This document shows positions 37,271 through 47,142 of a DNA stretch of 64,000 bases, in pieces. Location: assembly GCA_015232855.1 (NCBI GenBank), contig JADFYW010000002.1, forward strand, positions 5,490 to 69,489, read 5' to 3'. Below the pieces are notes generated by a model that searched no databases, was not told the origin of the DNA, and saw only the letters and a list, made by a program, of their open reading frames with translations. Position numbers and translations under genes: made by a program. The DNA is from Fibrobacteria bacterium. GTDB lineage: Bacteria; Fibrobacterota; Fibrobacteria; UBA11236; JADFYW01. The first letter of the stretch is position 1, and the number at the start of each line of letters is the position of its first letter.

Positions 37271-37606
37271 TTACTCCTGGATGATTGTAAAAGAAGCATC
37301 TTTGGGCAGGGCCAGTCCTGCTGATACTTGCATAACTTTAACAGCACAGGCTGGTACAATGCAGGCATCACAACAACCCTTTACTTGTAATAATTTTCTT
37401 CCTTCTAAGAGAACAGGGTTTTCTTCCGGACCTAATGTCATTATGGCGTTAACCGGTGAGATATCAGCGACTTTTTTTGCGAAGGCCTTTATGGTTTCAC
37501 ATTCAGAATTAAATTCGAAAGTTACATTTTGACTGTCTTCAGTGGAAGCTGTTACTTCTGTTTCAAAATTACAAACACCTGGATTAATATTAGTTTTTGT
37601 TTTCAC
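37271..37606 (-). CDS. small conserved-looking cysteine-containing protein of unknown function
   Basis: 111 aa with NPGVCNF...SECETIKAF...KGCCDACIVPACAVKVMQVSAGLALPKD. It resembles a small uncharacterised family I recall from anaerobes, but I cannot name it with certainty. Confidence 0.4.
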   Translation of the reverse strand: MKTKTNINPGVCNFETEVTASTEDSQNVTFEFNSECETIKAFAKKVADISPVNAIMTLGPEENPVLLEGRKLLQVKGCCDACIVPACAVKVMQVSAGLALPKDASFTIIQE

Positions 37607-37710
37607 TGTGATATCCTTGTTTTTAAAATGCTAATTGAACTCTTATTCACAAAAATATTTTATAATTATTTTTTTTCATAATACGTTTTGGGTTTAGATT
37701 GATTTAAAAC

Positions 37711-40497
37711 TTAACGCACTACCCACACTAACTTCTGCACCATGGCAGCCGCCTGCTGTATTCTACAGATATACATACCCTGACCAACCGTACCATTCCC
37801 AAAATCAGAGTAAATGCCCATACCAGAAAACGATTGGCGGAAAACCCTTTTACCAGAAAGAGTATACAATTCAACATGAGCTGGTTCGCTTCCGGGTGCG
37901 GTGTAAACCAGGCCGGTACCATAAAAATATTGTGCATCGAGAATACGAGCTGCTATTGCCTGCTTTTGGTCGATGGGGGATAATGAGGAATCATTGTTGA
38001 TAGTCAGAGTAATTTCCTGGTAACTGTCTGCAACATCCTTTTGTTTGGTCCAGAAAATTAAGGTGTAAGGAAAGTTATCACCGGTTCCTGTGACACTGAC
38101 ATCAATTTGATTGGCAGTACCAGAAGCCAGTTGACTCGGCGCTTTACCAATAGAATAGGTGACACCTTCAGAAGCTTCTTTCGTGCCTGTCTCAATAACA
38201 GCATCTTCCAAACCTAAATTAGCCAGGTTCAGAATGAAGGTGTGATCCACGTCTGAACTTCCTGTAGATACATTATGGGTAGGATTGTCACAGGCCAGGA
38301 GGAGACCAGCATCAGCATCGGTAAAAACTGAACGCAATGCAAGCTCCTTTTCCAAAGATCGTTTTGGTGCAGGACCGGTCATTTTAACCCGTAGCGGTGC
38401 ATCAAACACACCTGCTTCCGGAGCACTCAGTGAAACCGTAAACACGGCACTTTCGTTAGGTGCAAGTTTGGCTTCCTCCGGGAACACCTTTGCGGTATGA
38501 GGAAAATTTATCATTTCAGATGTGAAGGTAACGACTTCAGTTAGTTTGATACTATTATTTCGTACCGTAATCTGGTATTGTACTGTTTCACCAACAGCAC
38601 CTATTTTATTTGTTGCGTCTGCGCTTAAACTAAAATCTGCACCCGGAATAGTATAGGCACCCTCATAGGGAAATGAGGAATAGGATTGGGTGCTGTCTAC
38701 CTGAAATACATAGGTACCAAAGCGATTGTCAAGATAAACCCGTACAGCAAAGTTGTCCCAGCTTTCATTATCGAAAAGAGTATAGGATACTTTACGAGTA
38801 TTTTCTTCGCCATCTTTAGTACTGCCCCCTGTTGTCGCTTTCAGATGTAACTGACCACCAACTTTGAATCCCGACAGCATCAGTTTTGCTTTCATATCTA
38901 GAGAGTATCCAATGGAAAGTTGATGAGATACGGCACTGCCGGTTTTTTCGCTACTGGTACGAGTGAAGTCCGAGTTCCCTGAATAGATCCAGTTTTCATC
39001 CAGCCTGGTAAGGCGGCCGGATGAAATGCATTCCGGGCGGATTTTTCCGGTTTCATAGTCGATTACCGATTCATTACGCAGAATAGTCATGGCAGAGGAA
39101 TCGTCTTTCATTTCCCGGAGCAGATCGGTCATCCTGGCTGCTCTGGTATAACTTGTTTTGTCGGGAATAGGTGTATGAAACACATAATAAATATATGCGG
39201 TATCAGCATCACCGGTAAATCCTCCGCCGAGTTTGGGGCGACGGAACATTTTACGCTCCAGTCTGAATGGCTCATAAACTACCATATCACCCCCGCCAGG
39301 TCCGATGTATGTTCTCAGAAAACTTTCTTTCTGCGATGTTCGTTTGCTTTCTGATTGATAGGTGGTTGTCCATTCACTGCCGTATTGGTAAGAGGCACTG
39401 GCTGTAGTCGAAAACTCGAAATCGATAGCTGTTTTGCCACCTATTCCTAAAAGGTCCGCTTTACTGAATTCCCGCTCATACCCGGCCATCATCGTTATGC
39501 TAATTTCTCCACCAATAGTAAATGCCATTTTATTGGTAATTGTTTGGCCATCGCTAATAGAAGAGTAGCTCCCATCGCCCGGCGGGTCATAGAGAATCTG
39601 GTGCACATAAACTGGATAAATAACAGTGTCACACATATTCTCACCTGGTGCTTCTTCCCACTGCATATATCCCTTTGATACTTCATCACCCGTAACTCCT
39701 GCAAAATGAGCAAAGCTCCCTACATGGACTGATTCGTCGCGCCCTCCTCCAATAGAGACCACAAGAGAGTCCTGGCTTGGATTAGGTCCTATGGTATCTC
39801 GGTAAGCCTCCGACTCTCCTAAAAACAGCGCCATCTCTTTTACACTACCGACCGTTTGAAACTGGACGATAAGGGGAATCCACTCATCCGTCAGGAACTT
39901 TGTGCGCAGCGTATCGGTATAGGTCTTGTCGATGGGTTTCCCCACCTTGCGACGTATTTCCAGGTAGCCCTGGGAAGTGAGGGTGATTCCGCCATAATTA
40001 TTATCGATTCTGGTAGTACCTTGGTGATAATCATACCGGTAGGAGAAAAAACGCAAACCTTTATCCCCGGTTGACATTGGGAATTTGATATCTGCAACAA
40101 TAACATTGAATACTGGCTTCGGATTGAATTGGTAGGATACCGAGCTCTGTATACCATTTGCGCCATCCGTATTAATACAATTCAACGCACGGGGCAACGA
40201 ATCGTCGGGTTGGACCCATGGTGCCCCTTCGACCCAGACACTCTCATTGTCCAAATCAAGAAAATTGGTACCATTTGATTGGGGTGTGGTATACAAATTT
40301 AATTTCAAGGCCTCAGTAATTTTAGCTGCCCGGTATGGATTTACATAAAAGCTCCTGAACGTGCCATCATCAGTTGTATTCGAGTCCGCAGAGTTAATCT
40401 GCGTCAACCGATATATTGCATATTCGCTGGGCAGAAATTCCGCCCACCCTTGCCCATAAAGACAAACTGCCAGTGCAACAGTAAAGATGTACTTCAA
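37711..40497 (-). CDS. large secreted protein: LamG-like N-terminal region, unassigned S/T-rich beta central module, CARDB/DUF11-like repeats, T9SS-type C-terminal domain
   Basis: 928 aa with a signal peptide. The central stretch reads ILYDPPGDGSYSSISDGQTITNKMAFTIGGEISITMMAGYE...FEFSTTASASYQYGSEWTTTYQSE...IGPGGGD. ETVQYQITVRNNS and NESAVFTVSLSAPEAG are CARDB-like. The C-terminus is GMYICRIQQAAAMVQKLVWVVR. Confidence 0.5.
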   Translation of the reverse strand: MKYIFTVALAVCLYGQGWAEFLPSEYAIYRLTQINSADSNTTDDGTFRSFYVNPYRAAKITEALKLNLYTTPQSNGTNFLDLDNESVWVEGAPWVQPDDSLPRALNCINTDGANGIQSSVSYQFNPKPVFNVIVADIKFPMSTGDKGLRFFSYRYDYHQGTTRIDNNYGGITLTSQGYLEIRRKVGKPIDKTYTDTLRTKFLTDEWIPLIVQFQTVGSVKEMALFLGESEAYRDTIGPNPSQDSLVVSIGGGRDESVHVGSFAHFAGVTGDEVSKGYMQWEEAPGENMCDTVIYPVYVHQILYDPPGDGSYSSISDGQTITNKMAFTIGGEISITMMAGYEREFSKADLLGIGGKTAIDFEFSTTASASYQYGSEWTTTYQSESKRTSQKESFLRTYIGPGGGDMVVYEPFRLERKMFRRPKLGGGFTGDADTAYIYYVFHTPIPDKTSYTRAARMTDLLREMKDDSSAMTILRNESVIDYETGKIRPECISSGRLTRLDENWIYSGNSDFTRTSSEKTGSAVSHQLSIGYSLDMKAKLMLSGFKVGGQLHLKATTGGSTKDGEENTRKVSYTLFDNESWDNFAVRVYLDNRFGTYVFQVDSTQSYSSFPYEGAYTIPGADFSLSADATNKIGAVGETVQYQITVRNNSIKLTEVVTFTSEMINFPHTAKVFPEEAKLAPNESAVFTVSLSAPEAGVFDAPLRVKMTGPAPKRSLEKELALRSVFTDADAGLLLACDNPTHNVSTGSSDVDHTFILNLANLGLEDAVIETGTKEASEGVTYSIGKAPSQLASGTANQIDVSVTGTGDNFPYTLIFWTKQKDVADSYQEITLTINNDSSLSPIDQKQAIAARILDAQYFYGTGLVYTAPGSEPAHVELYTLSGKRVFRQSFSGMGIYSDFGNGTVGQGMYICRIQQAAAMVQKLVWVVR

Positions 40498-40724
40498 AAT
40501 GAACCTCTCTTTTTTAGATGGTCTTAAATTCGGAACGTGATATAAATGAATAATTTAGAAAAATTCTGATATTGTCGAAAGCCACTTTTTTCGATATCTT
40601 ATTACCTGCTTAAAATAGCTCAAGTTCTTATAAATTTTCAATATTTGCTGGTTTTTTGGATATTATTAAAATAAGTATATTTCCGCTCATAATTGAAAAA
40701 CTGATTTTTAAAAACTGAGTAGGA

Positions 40725-42218
40725 ATGTTACAGGTAAGCAATCTTTCAAAAAGCTACAACGGTAAGCTTCTTTTGGATAAAGTCACTTTTGTAGTGAATC
40801 CGGGAGAAAAACTGGGACTTATTGGCCGGAATGGTCATGGGAAGTCTACCATTTTCAAAATCCTTATGGGAGAAGAAGATGCAGATGATGGCGTATGGAG
40901 TACATCAAAAAACTATAGCATCGGTGTACTCTCACAGTACTTTGAATTCTCAGAGTCTACAGTACTTCAGGAGGCCTGTCTTGCCCTCCCTGATTATGGT
41001 GGCTGGAAAGAGGAATACAAAGCAGAAGCAATACTTGCCGGTCTTGGTTTTACTGATAAAAATCTAAAGCAGCCACCATCGGAGATGTCCGGTGGTTTTC
41101 AAATGCGACTCAATTTAACGAAACTACTCCTATCAGAACCCAATCTGCTCTTGCTGGATGAACCTACCAATTATCTGGATATTGTCTCTATTCGCTGGCT
41201 TAGGGGGTTTCTAAAAACCTGGGAGGATGAATTTATTCTTATCACCCATGACCGGAATTTTATGGATGCGGTATGTACCCATACTATGGGGATACTGCGC
41301 TATAAGCTGAGAAAAATTAAGGGTCCCACAGAGAAGTGGTATGCACAAACAGCTCAGGAAGATGAAATCTATGAGAAGACCCGGCAAACAGAACAGGCGC
41401 GACGGGCAGATACAGAACGCTTTATTGAGAGATTTAAATCTCAGGCTGCTAAGGCATCTTTAGTACAAAGCCGGGTCAAGCTCCTTGAAAAACAGGGACA
41501 AATGGAAAAACTTCAGGACATATCGGAACTGGAATTTAAATTCAGTGAATCTCCTTTTGCTGCTAAATGCATTCAAAAAATCAGTGCACTGAACTTTGGC
41601 TATAGCAGCGATAAGATGTTAATTACCGATATAGACCTGGATATACGCCCCGGTGATCGCATTGGAGTTATTGGGCCCAATGGTAAAGGTAAATCCACCT
41701 TACTCTCACTGCTTGCAGGAGAGCTTTCTCCCCTGAGCGGAACTATCAGTAACCATGAAAAAGCCACCATAGGCTCCTTTGGCCAGACTAATATAAACCG
41801 TCTGAATTTTGCCAATAATGTATGTGAAGAGATTATGAGTGTGCATCCTTCTATCAGCATGGGCTATGCCCGTGACCTTGCAGGGTTAATGATGTTCTCA
41901 GGTGATGATGCCCTTAAAAAAATAAAGGTTCTGAGCGGTGGAGAAAAAAGCCGGGTACTTTTGGGGACGATTTTGGCAACCCCGGTCAACCTGTTATTAC
42001 TGGATGAGCCAACGCATCACCTCGATATGCAATCAATCGAATCATTAAAAGAAGCTATGCAAACCTTCTCTGGTGCGGTAGTACTTGTGTCCCATGATGA
42101 AATGATTGTGCGTGAGATTGCCACCCGACTTATTGTTTTTGATGATAATAAAGCATTTTTATTTGAAGGTAATTATGATAGCTTTCTGGAGAGGATAGGA
42201 TGGTCATTTGAACATTGA
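40725..42218 (+). CDS. ABC-F family ATPase (two ABC cassettes, no membrane domain)
   Basis: Walker A occurs twice (GRNGHGKST and GPNGKGKST). ABC signatures are MSGGFQMRLNL and LSGGEKSRVLL. Walker B reads LLLLDEPTN and LLLLDEPTHHLD. A charged linker lies between the cassettes. Confidence 0.85.
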   Translation: MLQVSNLSKSYNGKLLLDKVTFVVNPGEKLGLIGRNGHGKSTIFKILMGEEDADDGVWSTSKNYSIGVLSQYFEFSESTVLQEACLALPDYGGWKEEYKAEAILAGLGFTDKNLKQPPSEMSGGFQMRLNLTKLLLSEPNLLLLDEPTNYLDIVSIRWLRGFLKTWEDEFILITHDRNFMDAVCTHTMGILRYKLRKIKGPTEKWYAQTAQEDEIYEKTRQTEQARRADTERFIERFKSQAAKASLVQSRVKLLEKQGQMEKLQDISELEFKFSESPFAAKCIQKISALNFGYSSDKMLITDIDLDIRPGDRIGVIGPNGKGKSTLLSLLAGELSPLSGTISNHEKATIGSFGQTNINRLNFANNVCEEIMSVHPSISMGYARDLAGLMMFSGDDALKKIKVLSGGEKSRVLLGTILATPVNLLLLDEPTHHLDMQSIESLKEAMQTFSGAVVLVSHDEMIVREIATRLIVFDDNKAFLFEGNYDSFLERIGWSFEH

Positions 42219-42393
42219 GTCTATTATAAGTGTTTGTTTTTGTTATCCCATCAATTAAAGTGGTGATATCTCCGCATATTACTTTCATATTTTCTTTTTC
42301 ATTATAATTGTCAACATAATACGTCATTTGATGTGAAGAAGATTCTTAACAATTGCCAAGAGAACTCAAGGCCGTATTTTGTATTTATATCGC

Positions 42394-42921
42394 TTACTTC
42401 TTTTTTTTATTTAGTTTAAAACTCAAGCCAATATCAATTCCAATCCGAAATGTCCCTCCACTTGAAACCTCAACAGCATCACTACCACTGTTGTTAGAAG
42501 CACCCTTTAGCCCGTACCCTATATCTAATTCAATACTGGAGTATGGAATCAGCTTATCTATAGTCGATATTTGAAACCGATAAAACACTTCCGTAATCGT
42601 TTCATTGTGAATACTATAAAACGCGGTCATTATACCGTTCGAAACATGACTTTCTCTATGTTTCCTGAAAAGAATTGAATAAGCTATTCCATAACCACCG
42701 TCTCCACCAAAAACCATTATGGGTTCAATCATTTGTATGAATTTGTTTAATTTCAAATGCACGCCGCCTAGTCTTGCAGGGAAAGAAAATTCATCATCTG
42801 AATTAGAATTTGCAAATACAATCCCGAGAGGTTTTGTGGAAATGGAACAGTAAATGGAATTTCCCCTGGCAAATGGCAAGGTTAAAAGAATAGTTGTAAT
42901 TAGAAGTGTTTTAGCTAACAT
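42394..42921 (-). CDS. small putative outer-membrane beta-barrel protein
   Basis: 175 aa with a signal peptide (LLITTILLTLPFARG), alternating beta-strand pattern and a glycine/aromatic-rich body. No specific family was recognised. Confidence 0.35.
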   Translation of the reverse strand: MLAKTLLITTILLTLPFARGNSIYCSISTKPLGIVFANSNSDDEFSFPARLGGVHLKLNKFIQMIEPIMVFGGDGGYGIAYSILFRKHRESHVSNGIMTAFYSIHNETITEVFYRFQISTIDKLIPYSSIELDIGYGLKGASNNSGSDAVEVSSGGTFRIGIDIGLSFKLNKKKK

Positions 42922-43708
42922 AATCCGCTCTTATTAAAAATTAATTGTTTTGTATTTTGGATTCATAACATCTTGTAATATAGAATATTCTGAATTTTTA
43001 CAACTCATGTATTGCATCCAAGTCTTTAACAACATGGATATTCCCCATATCTAATATTGTGAAGTTCAATAAGTGCAATTGCTGTTTTAAAGTATTGGTC
43101 ACCAAACTTTTCTTCAGCCATGTCAGTGAATTCACATGAAAGAATAAAGAATATATATGAAGGTAATTGGAAAACTTAATTTATTCATTAAATCTGGTTA
43201 TATAATCATGCCATATTTCAGGGCTAAGTGCGCTCCGCCCCCTTCAGTAGTACCTGGTAAATCCGCTTACCTCATTAATAAACTCCAGAAGGTCTTAAGC
43301 CCAATGAGCCAGTTTACTATAAGAATTAACAAAACCCATATAGTCTCTTAGAAAATATCAATTAATTTTCGATTTACGAGGTTTTTTATCAAATATAGCT
43401 ATTTTTATAGGAAATCACGTATTCTTTCAAAATCAGGAAGTATACTATTTTTCTTTATACAAAAATTCTCATAAATTTAGCAAGAAACCCTCAGACATTT
43501 CTTTATTTAGTCTTTCGTGTTCCAGTCCCTGCTTTTTGAAAATATCCCATACGGAAAGGCGGTATCCCCATAAAACCAACCCTCTCTTCTAATTCTCGTT
43601 GCTCTGGAAGCACATGGCTTTATCTGGCGAGTGAGAGCGACAACCTAATACAGACAGGTTCATACCCTTATATGGAAGAGTAATATATATTTTACATTTC
43701 ATAGTTTA

Positions 43709-44401
43709 ATGATAGGATTACCAATGCATAAAGTTCATATAATGTTTCTTCTTATGTTGTTTACCACAATCAACACCTTATACTCCCAGGAATGTGGTCC
43801 CTCTTGCCCCGTGTGTTCGGGTACCGGAGAAAGTGGAGGCACCTTATTATCACCAAAGTCTTTGCTTATCAGTGGTATAGCCATCCCCACCAGTGATGAG
43901 GATAAGGGAGTCGTAAATTTAAGATATGGAGTTACCAAATGGTTGGATATCGGGGCAGGATATACCATAAATACCAAAAAGCCCTTATGGAGTCTTAGAG
44001 TCTCCCCTCTTTCAGAGAATGAGGATGGCTGGAGACCAGGAGTAATATTAGGCACCGGAAGTGTACAAACCGGAGGGAATGATCAATCCGTTTTTGCTCA
44101 ATTAACAAAGTCCTGGGAATTTTCTGAAGGCTTTGCCATGAGAGTTTCTGGTGGAGTAGCCAGTCTTATACCCGATTTTAATAAAATTTATGGGGTGGCA
44201 GGTCTTACCTTAACGGTCACCGAACGGGTCAGCCCTTTTGTAAGCTTTGATGGAAAAAATTTACATTTTGGTTTAGCCTGGATACCGGTGGATTGGATGA
44301 CGATAGGGGGATTGCTTGTTGAGAGCAAGTATGCTGCAGTTTCTTTGGGATTCCGCTGGAGTTTTGCAAAACCCGAGGCAGAATCACCGGGTACCATTTA
44401 G
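43709..44401 (+). CDS. putative outer-membrane beta-barrel protein with an N-terminal CX3CX2C motif
   Basis: Signal peptide FLLMLFTTINTLYSQ, followed immediately by ECGPSCPVCSG. The body has alternating beta-strand segments and a near-C-terminal LGFRWSF. Confidence 0.4.
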   Translation: MIGLPMHKVHIMFLLMLFTTINTLYSQECGPSCPVCSGTGESGGTLLSPKSLLISGIAIPTSDEDKGVVNLRYGVTKWLDIGAGYTINTKKPLWSLRVSPLSENEDGWRPGVILGTGSVQTGGNDQSVFAQLTKSWEFSEGFAMRVSGGVASLIPDFNKIYGVAGLTLTVTERVSPFVSFDGKNLHFGLAWIPVDWMTIGGLLVESKYAAVSLGFRWSFAKPEAESPGTI

Positions 44402-44515
44402 GTTCCTTAGCAGCTTCTCGACTTTGCTGAACGTGATGTTTGTAGGTACTTCAACTACCTTGCTTTGTAATAAGTAATCATCATATTACATTAGCAATTA
44501 ATAATACTATCAAAG

Positions 44516-46270
44516 TCAAACTTTAAAATAAGGAGCATAAACCTCACAGATCTTGGGAATGAGCTTTTTGTTAACGGACTTTACGTTATCAAGCATTTCT
44601 TCTGCTGATGCTTTAGAAAAGAGATGTTCCATATAATTAGCAATATCTGATATCGCTACTTTTGAAATAATTTCTTTTATTATTGGAATGTGATCCGGAG
44701 TAACACTAAAACTCCTTAATCCGATTCCAAGGAGTAATAAGGTATACATTGGATAACTGGCAAATTCACCGCAAATAGAAAGACTTTTTCCTCCCTTCCG
44801 TGCTGTTTCACAAGCATTTCTTAAGATGTTCAAAAAAGCCGGGGCAATAGGATTATGTAAATAATTAACATTTGGATTATTTCGGTCAGCGGCTAAAAGA
44901 TATTGGATGAGATCATTGGTTCCAATAGAAGCAAAATCTATCTCATATAAAAATTGTTCCATTTCCAGGAGAGCAAGCGGGACTTCAAATAAAATACCAC
45001 ATTCCGGAACTGGTACGTTCTGGGAAATAGCCGTTTTTATAATAAATTGTTTTGTATGTTTCCATTCTTTTAGCGTAGAGACCATAGGTGCGAGAAGTCC
45101 ATAGGATCTCCCTGCGGCAGCAGACATTATCGCCGTTAAATGCTCCATAAAAAAATCTGGTTTTTGTAAGAGGATCCGGATACCTCTCCACCCCATAAAA
45201 GGATTAAACTCTTTAGGAAGTTTTAAATACGATGGCGTTTTATCTCCTCCAATATCCAGTAATCTTATAATAAGATGTTTCCCTTTTGCAACGTCAAATA
45301 AAGATTCGTAATACTCCTTTTGTTCGTTAAAAGAAGGCGCTCTGTTCCATTTAAAGAAAATATATTCGCTTCTCACCAACCCAATACTATCTGCTCCATA
45401 TTCCATTGCCTGATGTATGTCTTTCAGAAAAGCAACATTCGCAGATACCGATATTGGAATGCCGTCTTTTGAAACCGCTAAATGAGAGTGTGCTTCACCC
45501 AATCTTTTTATTTTTGATTTATAGGCTAATTCAACTTCTATTTCTTTAATTTTTTTGTCATTTGGGTTGATATAAATGGTACCCGTATATCCGTCAAGAA
45601 GAAGAGAAGTGCCTTCTTGTACATTTCGATTGAGGTATTTAACACGGCTGACTAAAGGTATACCATGAGCCCGGGCAATAATTACGGCGTGGGAGGTTGG
45701 GCCGGCATTAAAAGCGACAATACCTTTTATCATTGACTCATCAAAATTAAAAATATCAGATGGGGTAAAAGTACCCGGAACAATAAGTATTTTCGGCTCA
45801 CTAAATTTTATTTTGGGAGTATTTGTTGTAATATATGAAATTAATTTTTCACATACCTCGGTGATGTCAGCAGAGCGTTCTTTAAAAAAATCAGCTTGTA
45901 TTGAATCAAACTTCGTTACAATTTCCGCGGATACATCACGAATAGCAGTTTCAAGACAAACCAGGTTTTTAGAAATTGCATCAACAATAGCTCCCACAAA
46001 AGAGGGATCATCCAATATGCCGCTATATATTTTGAGAATAGAAGCATCTATTTGCAATTGAGATGAAATCTGCATTTGCATGTAAAATACTTTTGCCTTT
46101 TTCCGGATCTCATTGAATTGCAATATTTCTTTCCCAACACCATCACTGGTGATATTTCTTCGTTGATAGTCTGTACCCACTTTTTGTGTATAGTACGCCT
46201 TCCCCAGCCCTTTTCCATTAATTACAGGAGTACCCCTAATTTCTTTTTCGTTTGACATAGACTTTCTCAT
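44516..46270 (-). CDS. ptsI: phosphoenolpyruvate-protein phosphotransferase (PTS enzyme I-like, PEP-utilising family)
   Basis: The phospho-His loop reads AFNAGPTSHAVIIARAHGIPLV. The PEP-binding TIM-barrel motifs are IGLVRSEYIF and FASIGTNDLIQYLLAADR. No HPr or EII genes lie in the window. Confidence 0.8.
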   Translation of the reverse strand: MRKSMSNEKEIRGTPVINGKGLGKAYYTQKVGTDYQRRNITSDGVGKEILQFNEIRKKAKVFYMQMQISSQLQIDASILKIYSGILDDPSFVGAIVDAISKNLVCLETAIRDVSAEIVTKFDSIQADFFKERSADITEVCEKLISYITTNTPKIKFSEPKILIVPGTFTPSDIFNFDESMIKGIVAFNAGPTSHAVIIARAHGIPLVSRVKYLNRNVQEGTSLLLDGYTGTIYINPNDKKIKEIEVELAYKSKIKRLGEAHSHLAVSKDGIPISVSANVAFLKDIHQAMEYGADSIGLVRSEYIFFKWNRAPSFNEQKEYYESLFDVAKGKHLIIRLLDIGGDKTPSYLKLPKEFNPFMGWRGIRILLQKPDFFMEHLTAIMSAAAGRSYGLLAPMVSTLKEWKHTKQFIIKTAISQNVPVPECGILFEVPLALLEMEQFLYEIDFASIGTNDLIQYLLAADRNNPNVNYLHNPIAPAFLNILRNACETARKGGKSLSICGEFASYPMYTLLLLGIGLRSFSVTPDHIPIIKEIISKVAISDIANYMEHLFSKASAEEMLDNVKSVNKKLIPKICEVYAPYFKV

Positions 46271-46483
46271 TAATTTTAAGAACTCATGGTTCCGATAATT
46301 TTGTAAAATGCGACACTAAAGTTCTGATAGGTGTTCAGTATTTATAAATATTGTGGTGATTTTAATTGAATAATTATGGGATCAGCCAAAGATTTGCTAC
46401 ATATTTCCTTGGTTCTTTTCAATTATAGGATAAACATATGACTTAAAAAACCCCATTTTAACAGTGGTAATTAAAAGAATTAC

Positions 46484-46499
46484 TGGCATCATAATTGCA
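46484..46499 (+). promoter_or_regulatory. sigma-54 (-24/-12) promoter upstream of COG4067 paralog 1
   Basis: TGGCATcataaTTGCA with correct spacing. The ATG at 46552 lies ~54 nt downstream. Confidence 0.7.
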
Positions 46500-46551
46500 T
46501 ACTACTGCAATAATAATGCCATGAAAACACCATTGGATTGGAAAAATATAA

Positions 46552-47100
46552 ATGCAAAAAGGAGAGCCTATCGAATCCGAAAAGAACAGCCCGATACTTC
46601 CCCTAATAGTTGAAAAGAGAAAAATAAAGAAGTTCAGGAAGCCCTATTTTTTATTGGGCTGGAAAGAATCCGTTGGCCTCCCACACTTGGGGATTTCACA
46701 AATAATCGCCAAAGTCGATTCTGGAGCACGCACATCAGTTATTCATGCTGAAAATATTAACGTGTTCAAAAAGAACCGGAAGTGGATGGTCTCTTTTAAT
46801 GTAAAATACAAAATTGATAATATGACTAAATCCATTATTTGCCAGTCTCCGATAATTGATAAACGCAAAGTATACGACTCAGGTGGTCATACAGAAAATA
46901 GAGTTTTTATTAATACCGCTCTTAAAATTGGAGAGAGGGTACTATCCGCTGATTTTTCCCTTTCAGATAGAAGTAGTATGCGATATAGTATGCTACTAGG
47001 CAGAATGGCTTTATGTAATGGTTATGTTATTGTCCCTAATAAAGCATTCTTATCTGGTATACCCATTTCCTTAAACAACTACGCCGTGGAATCTAAATAA
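46552..47100 (+). CDS. COG4067/PF05618 'ATP-dependent zinc protease'-family (retropepsin-like, RimB-type) protein, paralog 1 with ~35-aa N-terminal extension
   Basis: LLGWKESVGLPHLGISQIIAKVDSGARTSVIHAENI...MRYSMLLGRMAL is homologous to the ORF at 61819-62259. The D-S/T-G-A motif fits a retropepsin fold. Confidence 0.65.
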   Translation: MQKGEPIESEKNSPILPLIVEKRKIKKFRKPYFLLGWKESVGLPHLGISQIIAKVDSGARTSVIHAENINVFKKNRKWMVSFNVKYKIDNMTKSIICQSPIIDKRKVYDSGGHTENRVFINTALKIGERVLSADFSLSDRSSMRYSMLLGRMALCNGYVIVPNKAFLSGIPISLNNYAVESK

Positions 47101-47142
47101 AAATCGCTATTTTAAAGAATTGTATTCAACAAAAGGTTTTGC

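Noticed and set aside
42130-42327. 65-aa minus-strand ORF overlapping the 3' end of the ABC-F gene
   Set aside because: About half of it overlaps a well-supported gene on the opposite strand, and it has no supporting motif.
43157-43351. 64-aa plus-strand ORF in the 787-bp gap
   Set aside because: It has no SD and no motif, and its composition looks like non-coding AT-rich DNA.
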